Position numbers and translations under genes: made by a program. Positions 1-8,457 of a stretch of DNA of 64,000 bases are shown in pieces. The notes beneath the pieces were generated by a model. That model was not told the DNA's origin and made no database searches. It worked only from the letters and a program-made list of their open reading frames with translations. The stretch is taken from contig SVKS01000003.1 in the NCBI GenBank assembly GCA_015068345.1, positions 2,168 through 66,167 of the forward strand. Reading direction: 5' to 3'. Each line of letters begins with the position of its first letter. The first letter of the stretch is position 1. Origin of the DNA: Oscillospiraceae bacterium (lineage in GTDB: Bacteria > Bacillota > Clostridia > Oscillospirales > QAMX01).

Positions 1-1434
1 GCAGCTTCCAATCTGCCCCTGGGACTCTATCTGGTTATGGAAACCCGTGTTCCCGAAATGGTCACCTCCACCACCAATCCCTTCTTTGTTTCCCTGCCCA
101 TGACCTCGGTGAACGGTACCAATGCCACTGATGGGGGTGAACGCTGGATCTACGATGTGACCCTGTACCCCAAGAACGAAACCGGAATTTCCAGTCTGGA
201 AAAGACGGTTCGGGAAGCCTCCTACGACACCGGTAACCACAACGGTACCGAAAGCATCACCGACGGCTACGCTCACACCGCCTCCGCTTCCTCCGGTGAC
301 GTTCTGGAATACCAGATTATCTCCACCCTTCCTTCCATCACCAGCGCGGCATCTTACCTGAGTGAATACACTGTAGTGGATACCCTGAGCAAGGGTCTGA
401 CCTACAACAAAAACGACGTGGTGATCGAGTTCTTCACCGACAAGAATTGCACCGACAAGCTCACCACCTGGCGACAGAATGACGGCACGGCCAAGTTTAC
501 CACCGCCTATGGATCCGATGACAATGGCTCTTCGATCATGACCATCACCATGACTGCCGCCGGTTTGGAAGAGATCAATACCAGCAAGCAGGTTTACACC
601 GATGTGGGTACTCTCCGTTCGGGTTACTCCGATTGCACCATGCGTATCACCTACGCCGCCAGCCTGGATTCGGACAACTCGGTGGTCTTCGGTGACTCTG
701 CCAATCCCAACGGTGCTCTGCTCCGTTGGAAGCGCACCAACAGCAACTACTCCGATATTCTCATTGACGACTGTCACGTCTACACCTACGGCATCGATTT
801 GACCAAGCAGTTCAGCGATGGTGCCGGGATTTATGACAAGGTGGAGTTCATCCTGAAGAACGAAACCGACGGCTATTTTGTTCAGGCTGTTCTGAACGAA
901 GCCGAAGGCATCTACTACGTCGTGGACAATGCCGCTGCCGCTGACCACACTTGTGCGGAAGCGGACGCCACCCACTTCATTCCTACCGCCGACGGCTCCA
1001 TCCTGATCAAGGGCTTGGAGGACGACACCTACGTGGCAACTGAAGTCCGTACCGACAATGGCTACACCCTTTTGAAGGACGACATCACCATCGTCATCAG
1101 CAAGGCCGATTCTTTCCTTTGTGATTGTTACGATGCTGACCTTCTGGGGCTTATCCAGAATGATGACCGCTACACCGCCGAGCAGAAGCATCTGGAACAC
1201 ATGCTGCTGACCGCATCTGCCACCGTGGATGGAAACACTGTCACCATGCTGACCGATGCCGATTCTGCCAATGCGGAGGTGCCCCTCACCGTCATCAACA
1301 CCCGTGGTTTCGATCTGCCCAAGACCGGTGACAACGGCGTATGGATGTACGGTGTTGGCGGTGCCATTCTCATGGGCTCTGCCATGGTCCTGTTCCTGAT
1401 TTCCTGCCGCAAAAAGAGCAAAAGTAACGAATAA
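1..1434 (+). CDS. LPXTG-anchored pilin subunit (SpaA/FimA-type backbone pilin); 5' end lies outside the window
   Basis: Frame 1 is open from nt 1 (AASNLPLGLYLVMETRVPE... precedes the listed Met at 37). Pilin motif YPKN (TLYPKNETG), E-box-like TYVATEVRTDNGYTL, C-terminal sorting signal LPKTG + hydrophobic helix + RKKSK tail. Two sortase genes follow. Confidence 0.85.
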   Translation, partial: AASNLPLGLYLVMETRVPEMVTSTTNPFFVSLPMTSVNGTNATDGGERWIYDVTLYPKNETGISSLEKTVREASYDTGNHNGTESITDGYAHTASASSGDVLEYQIISTLPSITSAASYLSEYTVVDTLSKGLTYNKNDVVIEFFTDKNCTDKLTTWRQNDGTAKFTTAYGSDDNGSSIMTITMTAAGLEEINTSKQVYTDVGTLRSGYSDCTMRITYAASLDSDNSVVFGDSANPNGALLRWKRTNSNYSDILIDDCHVYTYGIDLTKQFSDGAGIYDKVEFILKNETDGYFVQAVLNEAEGIYYVVDNAAAADHTCAEADATHFIPTADGSILIKGLEDDTYVATEVRTDNGYTLLKDDITIVISKADSFLCDCYDADLLGLIQNDDRYTAEQKHLEHMLLTASATVDGNTVTMLTDADSANAEVPLTVINTRGFDLPKTGDNGVWMYGVGGAILMGSAMVLFLISCRKKSKSNE

Positions 1435-1449
1435 CCCCATTGAACAAAA

Positions 1450-1475
1450 GCCCCCGGAACTCAGGTTCCGGGGGC
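1450..1475 (+). terminator. GC-rich hairpin between pilin and sortase genes (possible partial terminator)
   Basis: gcccccggaac-tcag-gttccgggggc, a perfect 11-bp stem 16 nt after the pilin stop. No clear T-tract follows, so read-through into the sortases is plausible. Confidence 0.4.
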
Positions 1476-1501
1476 GGAATTACATAAGAGAGGATAGCAG
1501 T

Positions 1502-2368
1502 ATGAAAAAAACTCGCTCAATTTGGATCATCATTGTCGCAATCGTTCTCATCATCACAGCGGGACTCCTTGCCTGTTATCCCCTCATCAGCAGTGCGGTA
1601 AACAGCAAGTACCAGTCGCTGATTGAAACCACCTACGAAGAGGAACTGGAAGTCCTTGACAAAGACGACATTCAGCTTGCGAGGGAGGAAGCCCAACACT
1701 ACAACGAATGCATCAGTGTGCAGTACACTTTGGAGGATATCCGTTTTGCCGTGTCCACCTACGACGAATTACTAAACCTGACCTCCAGCGGTATCATGGG
1801 ATACCTGGAGATTCCCACTATTTCGGTTATGCTCCCCATCTACCACGGTACCGATGCCGAAACTCTGGAAAAGGGAATCGGACACCTGATCGGTTCCTCA
1901 CTGCCCATTGGTGGGGAAGGCACCCACTCGGTTCTCACCGGGCATTCAGGAACTGCCGGTAAAAGACTCTTCTCGGACCTGGAGAATCTGGCCTGTGGGG
2001 ATATATTCTACCTTCACGTTCTGGATGAGACCTTGGCCTACATGGTAGACGGGATCCATACCGTTCTTCCGGAAGAAACCGAACGTCTAAAGGCTGTGGA
2101 AGGGGAAGATCTCTGTACCCTGGTAACCTGTACCCCATTCGGAGTCAACTCCCACCGACTTCTGGTTCGTGGGACACGGATTCCCTACGAGGAAATCACT
2201 GAGCTTCCTCTTCCCGAAGAGCAAGTCGAAGGTTCCGAATCCATTTGGGAACAGGAATACATCCGGGGACTCACCATGGGATGCGGTGTGCTGGCTTTCT
2301 TTGCGGCACTTTCGCTGACTCTGTGGTTCTTCCCCGCAGGGAGGAAGGAAAAACATGGCAAAAAATAA
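1502..2368 (+). CDS. srtC: class C (pilin-polymerising) sortase
   Basis: N-terminal TM helix, LPIYHGT...GIGHL...GHSG block, catalytic Cys motif TLVTCTP, Arg motif HRLLVRG, C-terminal hydrophobic anchor + KEKHGKK. SD AGAGAGGA lies before the AUG. Confidence 0.9.
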   Translation: MKKTRSIWIIIVAIVLIITAGLLACYPLISSAVNSKYQSLIETTYEEELEVLDKDDIQLAREEAQHYNECISVQYTLEDIRFAVSTYDELLNLTSSGIMGYLEIPTISVMLPIYHGTDAETLEKGIGHLIGSSLPIGGEGTHSVLTGHSGTAGKRLFSDLENLACGDIFYLHVLDETLAYMVDGIHTVLPEETERLKAVEGEDLCTLVTCTPFGVNSHRLLVRGTRIPYEEITELPLPEEQVEGSESIWEQEYIRGLTMGCGVLAFFAALSLTLWFFPAGRKEKHGKK

Positions 2369-3077
2369 AGCAATTGGGATCCTATGTGTGATTCTATTGG
2401 TCTGTGGCCTGATGCTCTTCCTTTTCCCATCCATCCGGTCGGCAGAAGATCGGGAGTCCGGGCAACAGGATATTGCTTTTTTTGAAGAAACTATCACCGA
2501 TATTACAGTAGCCTCTTTTGACTCGGAAGATACCACTCTGGACACCATCCTGCCTTTTCCTGCACTCTACAAAGCATCCCTTACCTACAACAGGAATCTC
2601 ATAGAGAACTACCAGAAAGACCTGTCCTCTGCCCGGCTTGCAATCCCTCACCTGGATTTGAAAGCTTATGGATTTGAAGCCGAGTGCTTTGGCATTCTGG
2701 AAATTCCTTCGGTTGGCTACGAGGTCCCTGTGTACCTGGGAAGTTCAGATTTCCATCTGGAAAAAGGTGCCGCCCTTCTTGGCGGCACCTCACTTCCCAT
2801 CGGTGGGACAAACACTCACGCTGTCATTGCGGGACACAACACCTGGCGGGGATCCAAGCGATTTGACCTGCTCCGTGAGCTTTCCCCCGGTGACACGGTT
2901 CTTTTCCGGAACCCCTGGGAAACACTTACCTACAGAATTGTTTCAAAAGACATCATTCTCCCTGATGAATCAGACACCATTCGCATTCAGCCTAACCGGG
3001 ATCTGCTTTCCCTTTTGACCTGCACCCATCCGAATACCCACAGAGTGTTAATTGTATGTGAGAGAGAACTCCTATGA
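2355..3077 (+). CDS. second sortase, class C-like, without C-terminal membrane anchor
   Basis: N-terminal TM helix, VPVYLGSS...LPIGG...IAGHN block, Cys motif LLTCTHP, Arg motif HRVLIVCERE. The start overlaps the upstream sortase by 14 nt. The ORF stops 10 codons after the catalytic Arg, right at the AT-rich island boundary. Confidence 0.85.
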   Translation: MAKNKAIGILCVILLVCGLMLFLFPSIRSAEDRESGQQDIAFFEETITDITVASFDSEDTTLDTILPFPALYKASLTYNRNLIENYQKDLSSARLAIPHLDLKAYGFEAECFGILEIPSVGYEVPVYLGSSDFHLEKGAALLGGTSLPIGGTNTHAVIAGHNTWRGSKRFDLLRELSPGDTVLFRNPWETLTYRIVSKDIILPDESDTIRIQPNRDLLSLLTCTHPNTHRVLIVCERELL

Positions 3078-3167
3078 TGGATCTCCTATAAAGAACCAGA
3101 AACATTCAAGTGAATCAATCAAAACAAGTCGTCAGTTGCGCAAATACGTGAATCATCATATTGCAAC

Positions 3168-3196
3168 TTGACAAGCACGAGAAAACGCAGTATAAT
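3168..3196 (+). promoter_or_regulatory. sigma-A type promoter for the first island gene
   Basis: TTGACA (3168-3173), 17-nt spacer, TATAAT (3191-3196). Both hexamers are perfect consensus. Confidence 0.65.
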
Positions 3197-3240
3197 TGAA
3201 TCATGAGTTAGTAACTTACGAGTTGATAAGGAACAATGGT

Positions 3241-4632
3241 ATGTTTTATTGTAGGGATAATGAGCTTCGTGATATGAACCGTCGATACATCAGAGGTGAC
3301 TTTGAATGTCTAATTGTTTATGGTCGAAGACGTGTCGGCAAGACTGCTCTGATCAATGAATTCTGTAAGAATAAGCCTACGGTATTCTTCTCTGCGCTAA
3401 ACGCAAGTGATAAAGAAAACCTTGAAGCACTGTCGAAGGCCATCTACGAAAAAGATCACCCAGGTACGGATTCTGCGCCGGTGTTCCAGAGCTTCGAAGC
3501 AGCTCTTGATCAGATAACCCATATAGCAGAAAAGGAGCGGCTTGTATTTGTTATCGACGAATACCCCTACCTTGCTAAGGCAAACAAATCGATTTCCTCC
3601 CGTCTGCAACATATCATTGACCATAAATGGAAAAACAGTCAGCTTTATCTGATCCTCTGCGGTTCATCCATGAGCTTTATGGAGTATCAGGTACTCGGTT
3701 ATGAAAGCCCTCTGTACGGCCGCCGAACCGGTCAGTATAAGATTCAGGCACTGACCTACAAGGAAATGACTGCCTTCAATCCGACCCTGACAAACGAACA
3801 ACAGTCTCTTGTCTACGGCATCACCGGCGGTATCCCCCATTATGTCAATAAGCTTGATGTTTTCGATGATGTGGATGAAGCACTAAAGGAGAACCTGTTC
3901 AATACCTCCAGTTATCTCTTTGAAGAACCGGAGAATTTGCTAAAACAGGAACTTCGTGAACCAGCGATCTACAATTCCGTGATCACAGCAATTGCGGGTG
4001 GCGCATCACGTTCCAATGAAATATCCACAAAGGTTGGTATCGAATCAGCAATATGTGCAAAATACCTGAAGGTCCTGCTTGATCTTGGCATTATCAAAAA
4101 AGAGACACCACTCACAGAAAAACCGGGTAAGAAAACCATCTATACCATAGGAGATAATTTCTTCCGCTTCTGGTATCGTTTCGTCCCTCAAAACACCTCC
4201 TCCATTAGTGCAGGACGTATCGAGCAGATATATGACCCCGTTATCAAGCGTTATTTGCCAGACTATATGGGCCTGGTATTCGAGCAGATGTGCCGTGAGT
4301 ATCTGTTGCGATACGCAACAGATCTGCCAATGATTCTATCGGATATCGGTCAATGGTGGGGCACGGATCCGAAGGTCAAGAAAGAAGTCCAGATCGACAT
4401 AGTTGGTTCTCCGGTCGAGGGTGATGAGTATATTATCGGTTCCTGTAAATATCGCAGTGATCCCGTCGGTGTGGATGAACTGGAGTTGATCCGTCATTAT
4501 GCAGACGTCTTTGGTAAAGGTAAGAAGTATCACTTCTATATCTTCTCCAAATCTGGTTTTACCAAGGGACTGCAGGAACTTGGCGATATGGGAGAGGTCA
4601 ATCTTGTTACACTGGATGATATGTACCGTTGA
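3241..4632 (+). CDS. AAA+ ATPase of the Arch_ATPase/DUF234 type (ATPase + C-terminal nuclease-like module)
   Basis: Walker A GRRRVGKT, Walker B VFVIDEYPY, LILCGS and GITGGIPHYV blocks, C-terminal QIDIV...GSCKY block. The listed TTG start at 3196 lies in the -10 box, so the AUG at 3241 (MFYCRDNEL...) is preferred. Confidence 0.75.
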   Translation: MFYCRDNELRDMNRRYIRGDFECLIVYGRRRVGKTALINEFCKNKPTVFFSALNASDKENLEALSKAIYEKDHPGTDSAPVFQSFEAALDQITHIAEKERLVFVIDEYPYLAKANKSISSRLQHIIDHKWKNSQLYLILCGSSMSFMEYQVLGYESPLYGRRTGQYKIQALTYKEMTAFNPTLTNEQQSLVYGITGGIPHYVNKLDVFDDVDEALKENLFNTSSYLFEEPENLLKQELREPAIYNSVITAIAGGASRSNEISTKVGIESAICAKYLKVLLDLGIIKKETPLTEKPGKKTIYTIGDNFFRFWYRFVPQNTSSISAGRIEQIYDPVIKRYLPDYMGLVFEQMCREYLLRYATDLPMILSDIGQWWGTDPKVKKEVQIDIVGSPVEGDEYIIGSCKYRSDPVGVDELELIRHYADVFGKGKKYHFYIFSKSGFTKGLQELGDMGEVNLVTLDDMYR

Positions 4633-4935
4633 AAATGATGTACCCCATTGGATTTTGGTAAACTGAATAGTAAGCATACGAGGATTAAGCATACCCCTGT
4701 CATCTTCCGCTGTTTTTTCTGACAGGTACAATTAACATAGAATGAAATCGAGCCGCTGACGACACCCCTTTTTAGAGTTGAATACCAACCACCGGAATAG
4801 CGCCTCGCCATTCGTCGGTTTTCTGAGCATTCTCGAAAAAGTTAAAACCATAATGCGTATATTCTCTTGACGAAGCGGATATATTTATGATAAAATACGG
4901 TTGATCATAGATTTTCCTAAATTTAGAGGTGTGAT

Positions 4936-6159
4936 ATGGTATACATTCAACGTGAGCTTGAGCGAAAATTCTTAAAGCTCAATGATTTTTTCAAGGTTGT
5001 TCTTGTTACGGGGGCACGGCAAGTCGGAAAAACGACAATGTTGAAGCATTTAGCAGAGAGTAGCAGAACCTATGTTACTATGGACAATGCAATGGCGAGA
5101 GAGCTTGCACAATCTGATCCCGTGTTGTTCTTTCAAACCTATAAGCCACCTGTCCTCATTGACGAAGTCCAGAAAGCACCCGAGCTATTCGAACAGATTA
5201 AAATTATTTGTGACGAAAGTGATGAAAAGGGGCTTATCTGGCTCACTGGCTCACAGCAATACAAGATGATGAAAAAGGTCCGTGAAACCCTTGCGGGAAG
5301 AATTGGTATTCTGGAACTGTACAGCTTATCAGCGAGAGAAAAAGCCGGGCTTGTATTCGATACCGACTTGGATTTCTCTCTCCCCACATTGCAGGCAAGG
5401 CAGCGCAAACTTCCCAAAAACGATGTAATTCATGTGTTCAATCACATCTGGGAAGGTGGCATGCCACAGGTACAGGGTGCGGACGATGAACTCAGGCAAG
5501 AGTATTTCAATTCCTATATCGACACCTATCTCATGCGTGATGTTGCCGAAGCCGGCGGCATTACGGATACGGTGCGTTTCCGTAAATTCCTTGTGGGCTG
5601 TGCATCCCTTGTGTCGGAACAGGTCAATTACTCCACGCTGGCGGAGTCTGCCGATATTGCACCAAGCACCGCAAAAGAATGGCTGAAGATTCTTGAAGGC
5701 CTTCATATTGTCTATTTGCTTGCACCATATTCCAACAATGAGCTAAAACGACTCAGTAAAACCCCGAAGCTATACTTCTGCGATACCGGATTGTGTGCCT
5801 ATCTCTCTATGTGGCTAACACCGGATACTCTACGCAACGGAGCGGCAAGTGGTCATTACTATGAAAACTATGTTGTGATGGAGCTTGTTAAGAACTATGC
5901 CTACGCAAAATCCAAGGTAAATATCACCTACTTCCGTGATTCCAATGCAAAAGAAATTGATGTATTCGTCGAGGAAAACAATGTCATTCATCCGCTGGAG
6001 ATAAAAAAGAGTGCCGCCCCCGACCGCCGTGAAGTTAAAAAGTACAGCGTAATCGACAAAGCTTCTTTGAACCGTGGAACCGGCGGCATCATCTGTATGT
6101 GTGAAGAACCGATACCGATTGATGCAGATAATTGCTTTATTCCGAGCAATCTCATCTAA
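4936..6159 (+). CDS. AAA+ ATPase of the AAA_14/DUF4143 type (ATPase + C-terminal PD-(D/E)xK-like module)
   Basis: Walker A GARQVGKTT, Walker B VLIDEVQK, C-terminal EIDVF...x12...LEIKK (D...ExK pattern). SD AGAGGTG lies before the AUG. Confidence 0.75.
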   Translation: MVYIQRELERKFLKLNDFFKVVLVTGARQVGKTTMLKHLAESSRTYVTMDNAMARELAQSDPVLFFQTYKPPVLIDEVQKAPELFEQIKIICDESDEKGLIWLTGSQQYKMMKKVRETLAGRIGILELYSLSAREKAGLVFDTDLDFSLPTLQARQRKLPKNDVIHVFNHIWEGGMPQVQGADDELRQEYFNSYIDTYLMRDVAEAGGITDTVRFRKFLVGCASLVSEQVNYSTLAESADIAPSTAKEWLKILEGLHIVYLLAPYSNNELKRLSKTPKLYFCDTGLCAYLSMWLTPDTLRNGAASGHYYENYVVMELVKNYAYAKSKVNITYFRDSNAKEIDVFVEENNVIHPLEIKKSAAPDRREVKKYSVIDKASLNRGTGGIICMCEEPIPIDADNCFIPSNLI

Positions 6160-6201
6160 ACAATTTCAAACAGCCCAAGAAAGCATCTCTGCCGATATGA
6201 T

Positions 6202-6247
6202 CCCCCTAAAGTAGACCACAGAAATATCCAAAGTCTATTTTAGGGGG
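6202..6247. repeat. 15-bp inverted repeat (1 mismatch, 16-nt loop); possible terminator or recombination-related site
   Basis: ccccctaaagtagac ... gtctattttaggggg, 43 nt after the ATPase stop codon. Confidence 0.4.
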
Positions 6248-6639
6248 TATTTCTATGGCCAAATCAAAGCATACCGCAGAGTGGAAGATAGAAATCCATT
6301 GCTTTCGGCATTTATAGCATTGATCTATAATTTGCTCCGACATTAGAATATTTCGTTTCTATTTCCGCCATCGCAGAATACCGAATAAACCTAAGATCAT
6401 ATTCTACACAAAGCCTTATTCATCTCCCGAATTTCTTAGAAAGGTGGTAGCCAAAAATCGAGAGACCTTATAGTTCGGAGACACACAAGCTAACTGTTCA
6501 AAACGAAGAATTTACTATCACTAACATTTCACCTATTTACTCAGAAGAAGAATATCCACTTGTTAAGAGGGGAATAGAATTGCAACTCTATGAAGTATTC
6601 AGCAAGCACATGCCCATTGAGTCCTAAAAGGGGACATCC

Positions 6640-6668
6640 TTGCAAAATTGAAGCTACTGCTTTATACT
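6640..6668 (+). promoter_or_regulatory. sigma-A type promoter for the recombinase gene
   Basis: TTGCAA (6640-6645), 17-nt spacer, TATACT (6663-6668). Followed by SD AAAGGAG and the TTG start at 6720. Confidence 0.5.
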
Positions 6669-6719
6669 ATCCATGTCGTTTGTAGCTCATCTTGACAATA
6701 TGCGAAGAAAGGAGTTATA

Positions 6720-8228
6720 TTGAACCTTTTTGATGCAATCTATACCAGACAGTCGGTAGACCGAATTGACAGCATATCGGTGGAAAGCCAGGCAGAGTTC
6801 TGCAAAAAGGAGGTGATGGATGGCCTATATAAAGTCTATACAGATCGAGGGTACAGCGGAAAAAATACCGATCGACCTGCATTTCAGGAGTTAATGGAGG
6901 ATATACAAGAGGGAAAAATCCGTCGAGTCATTGTTTATCGTCTTGACCGCATCAGTCGTTCTGTTTTGGACTTTGCAAATGTCATTGATGTTTTCCAAAA
7001 GCATCATGTCGATTTTGTGAGTACAATGGAGAAGTTTGATACCGGAAGCCCCATTGGTAAAGCTATGCTGATGATTGTAATGATCTTTGCTCAGCTGGAG
7101 CGAGAAACAATTCAACAGCGTGTAACCGATGCGTATATCTCCCGCAGCAAACGCGGGTTTTATATGGGTGGACGAGTAACCTATGGCTTCGAGTTGCAAG
7201 ACACCATGATTGAAGGCATACGTTCCAAAAAATATGTCCCTATTGAATCCGAGGCAAATGTGATTCGCACCATCTTTGCTTTATATGCTGAGCCTCAAAC
7301 TTCTTTGGGTGATGTAATGAGACACCTTGAACAGGCAGGTATCACAAAACGAAATGGTAAACTATTCAATCGTTCTGGTTTGAGAGATATCGTTATCAAT
7401 CCTGTATATGTCAAAGCAGATTATCAGATATATGACTTTTTCAAAAACCAGGGAACAAACATAGCCAATATTCCCGAAGATTTTATAGGGACAAACGGAA
7501 CATATTTGTACTCTGGTACCACAAAAAAACGAAAGACCGTTTCCCTTGAAGGTCATACATTGGTGTTGGCTCCACACGAGGGTTTAATCGATTCGCAGAC
7601 ATGGTTAAAATGTCGGGTGAAATGTTTGAATAATCATAGTGTTGCAAGGCCAATCAAAGCGAAGGTTACTTGGCTGGCAGGAAAGATCAAGTGTGGATGC
7701 TGTGGTTATGCACTTACTGCAAAAATATATCACTGCAAAACAAAAAGCGATAACCGTTACTATCTCTGCAGCAACAAATATCATGCCGGAGGCTGTTCCT
7801 TTGGATCCCTAAACGCAGATAAAGTAGACGAAATTGTTTTTCGCGAAATGCAGAAGAAGCTTTCCGAATTCAAGGTCCTTCGGAAACAAGAGACCGAAAA
7901 GTTAAACCTCACTTCCCTTAAAATACGGGAACGTATCGCAGAGATTGAGACCGAGATCTCTTCTCTGCTTGATAAACTTACTGTGGCAAATACTACTGTT
8001 GCAGAATACATCAATTCTCGTATCTCTTCCTTGGATTCGGAAAAGAAAGAGTTATACAAGGAGCTTTCTCAGGCTGATTCATCCGCAAAAAATACAGCGG
8101 AGATTCTTAGTGATTATTTTAGTCACTGGGACGATCTTACCATCAGTGAAAAGATAACCGTCGTTGATATTATCATTGAAAAAATCGTTGCCACAGAAGA
8201 AGAAATTCAAATTATTTGGAAAATTTAG
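6720..8228 (+). CDS. large serine recombinase (resolvase/invertase N-domain + recombinase domain + zinc ribbon + coiled coil)
   Basis: N-terminal AIYTRQS (Ser nucleophile context), VYRLDRISRS, ERETIQQRV. Cys-rich zinc-ribbon block KCGCCGYALTAKIYHCK...YYLCSNKYHAGGC. C-terminal heptad-like region. TTG start with a good SD. Confidence 0.9.
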   Translation: MNLFDAIYTRQSVDRIDSISVESQAEFCKKEVMDGLYKVYTDRGYSGKNTDRPAFQELMEDIQEGKIRRVIVYRLDRISRSVLDFANVIDVFQKHHVDFVSTMEKFDTGSPIGKAMLMIVMIFAQLERETIQQRVTDAYISRSKRGFYMGGRVTYGFELQDTMIEGIRSKKYVPIESEANVIRTIFALYAEPQTSLGDVMRHLEQAGITKRNGKLFNRSGLRDIVINPVYVKADYQIYDFFKNQGTNIANIPEDFIGTNGTYLYSGTTKKRKTVSLEGHTLVLAPHEGLIDSQTWLKCRVKCLNNHSVARPIKAKVTWLAGKIKCGCCGYALTAKIYHCKTKSDNRYYLCSNKYHAGGCSFGSLNADKVDEIVFREMQKKLSEFKVLRKQETEKLNLTSLKIRERIAEIETEISSLLDKLTVANTTVAEYINSRISSLDSEKKELYKELSQADSSAKNTAEILSDYFSHWDDLTISEKITVVDIIIEKIVATEEEIQIIWKI

Positions 8229-8350
8229 GAGTCCATATTGTACTCATTCTATGACTCTTGTTCAGGTGAAGCACTTCGGATCGTTACCGACCGGCTTGAC
8301 CAGAAGAACATCTACGCCTTCAACCCCGCCCTGCCCCCGAATCTGCGATA
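8229..8350 (+). pseudogene. orphan 3' coding remnant of a backbone gene at the right island junction
   Basis: Directly after the recombinase TAG, the same frame stays open for 40 codons (ESILYSFYDSCSGEALRIVTDRLDQKNIYAFNPALPPNLR*). Composition switches to GC-rich at about 8262. A strong terminator follows. There is no start codon or SD. Confidence 0.3.
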
Positions 8351-8355
8351 GCGCA

Positions 8356-8396
8356 AATCCCCGCCTTTTCACAAAGGCGGGGATTCTGTTTCTTTC
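8356..8396 (+). terminator. rho-independent terminator
   Basis: aatccccgcctt-ttcaca-aaggcggggatt (12-bp stem) followed by the T-rich ctgtttctttc. Confidence 0.7.
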
Positions 8397-8398
8397 GG

Positions 8399-8427
8399 TT
8401 GAACAAGCTCTTTTTCTGTGGTATGAT
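8399..8427 (+). promoter_or_regulatory. sigma-A type promoter (extended -10) for the radical SAM gene
   Basis: TTGAAC (8399-8404), 17-nt spacer ending in TGg, TATGAT (8422-8427). Confidence 0.5.
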
Positions 8428-8457
8428 AAGTCCAAAAGGATCACACAGCAAAGGAGA

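Larger units (their letters stand above)
3078..8262 (+). mobile_element. AT-rich ~5.2-kb integrated island: two AAA-ATPase/nuclease-like genes + large serine recombinase (boundaries approximate)
   Basis: Abrupt composition change: a spot count of line 5041 gives about 42% GC, against about 55% in backbone lines. A large serine recombinase sits at the right end. GC-rich backbone sequence with an orphan 3' coding remnant and terminator resumes at about 8262. Exact att sites could not be determined by eye. Confidence 0.6.

Noticed and set aside
3035-3077. Island insertion inside the second sortase gene, replacing its catalytic C-terminus
   Set aside because: The sortase reads through the complete HRVLIVCERE Arg motif, which parallels HRLLVRGTRI of the neighbour, so the catalytic domain is intact. 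Only loss of a C-terminal anchor remains possible, and it is unproven.
6255-6317. Transposase gene (MAKSKHTAEWKIEIHCFRHL)
   Set aside because: It is only 20 codons long. The resemblance to IS3-type OrfA N-termini is too short to support a call, so it is mentioned only as a possible remnant.
8164-8457. Long N-terminal extension of the radical SAM ORF (listed start 8164)
   Set aside because: The extension overlaps the recombinase 3' end and reads through a strong terminator (8356-8396) and a promoter (8399-8427). The AUG at 8458 has a proper SD.
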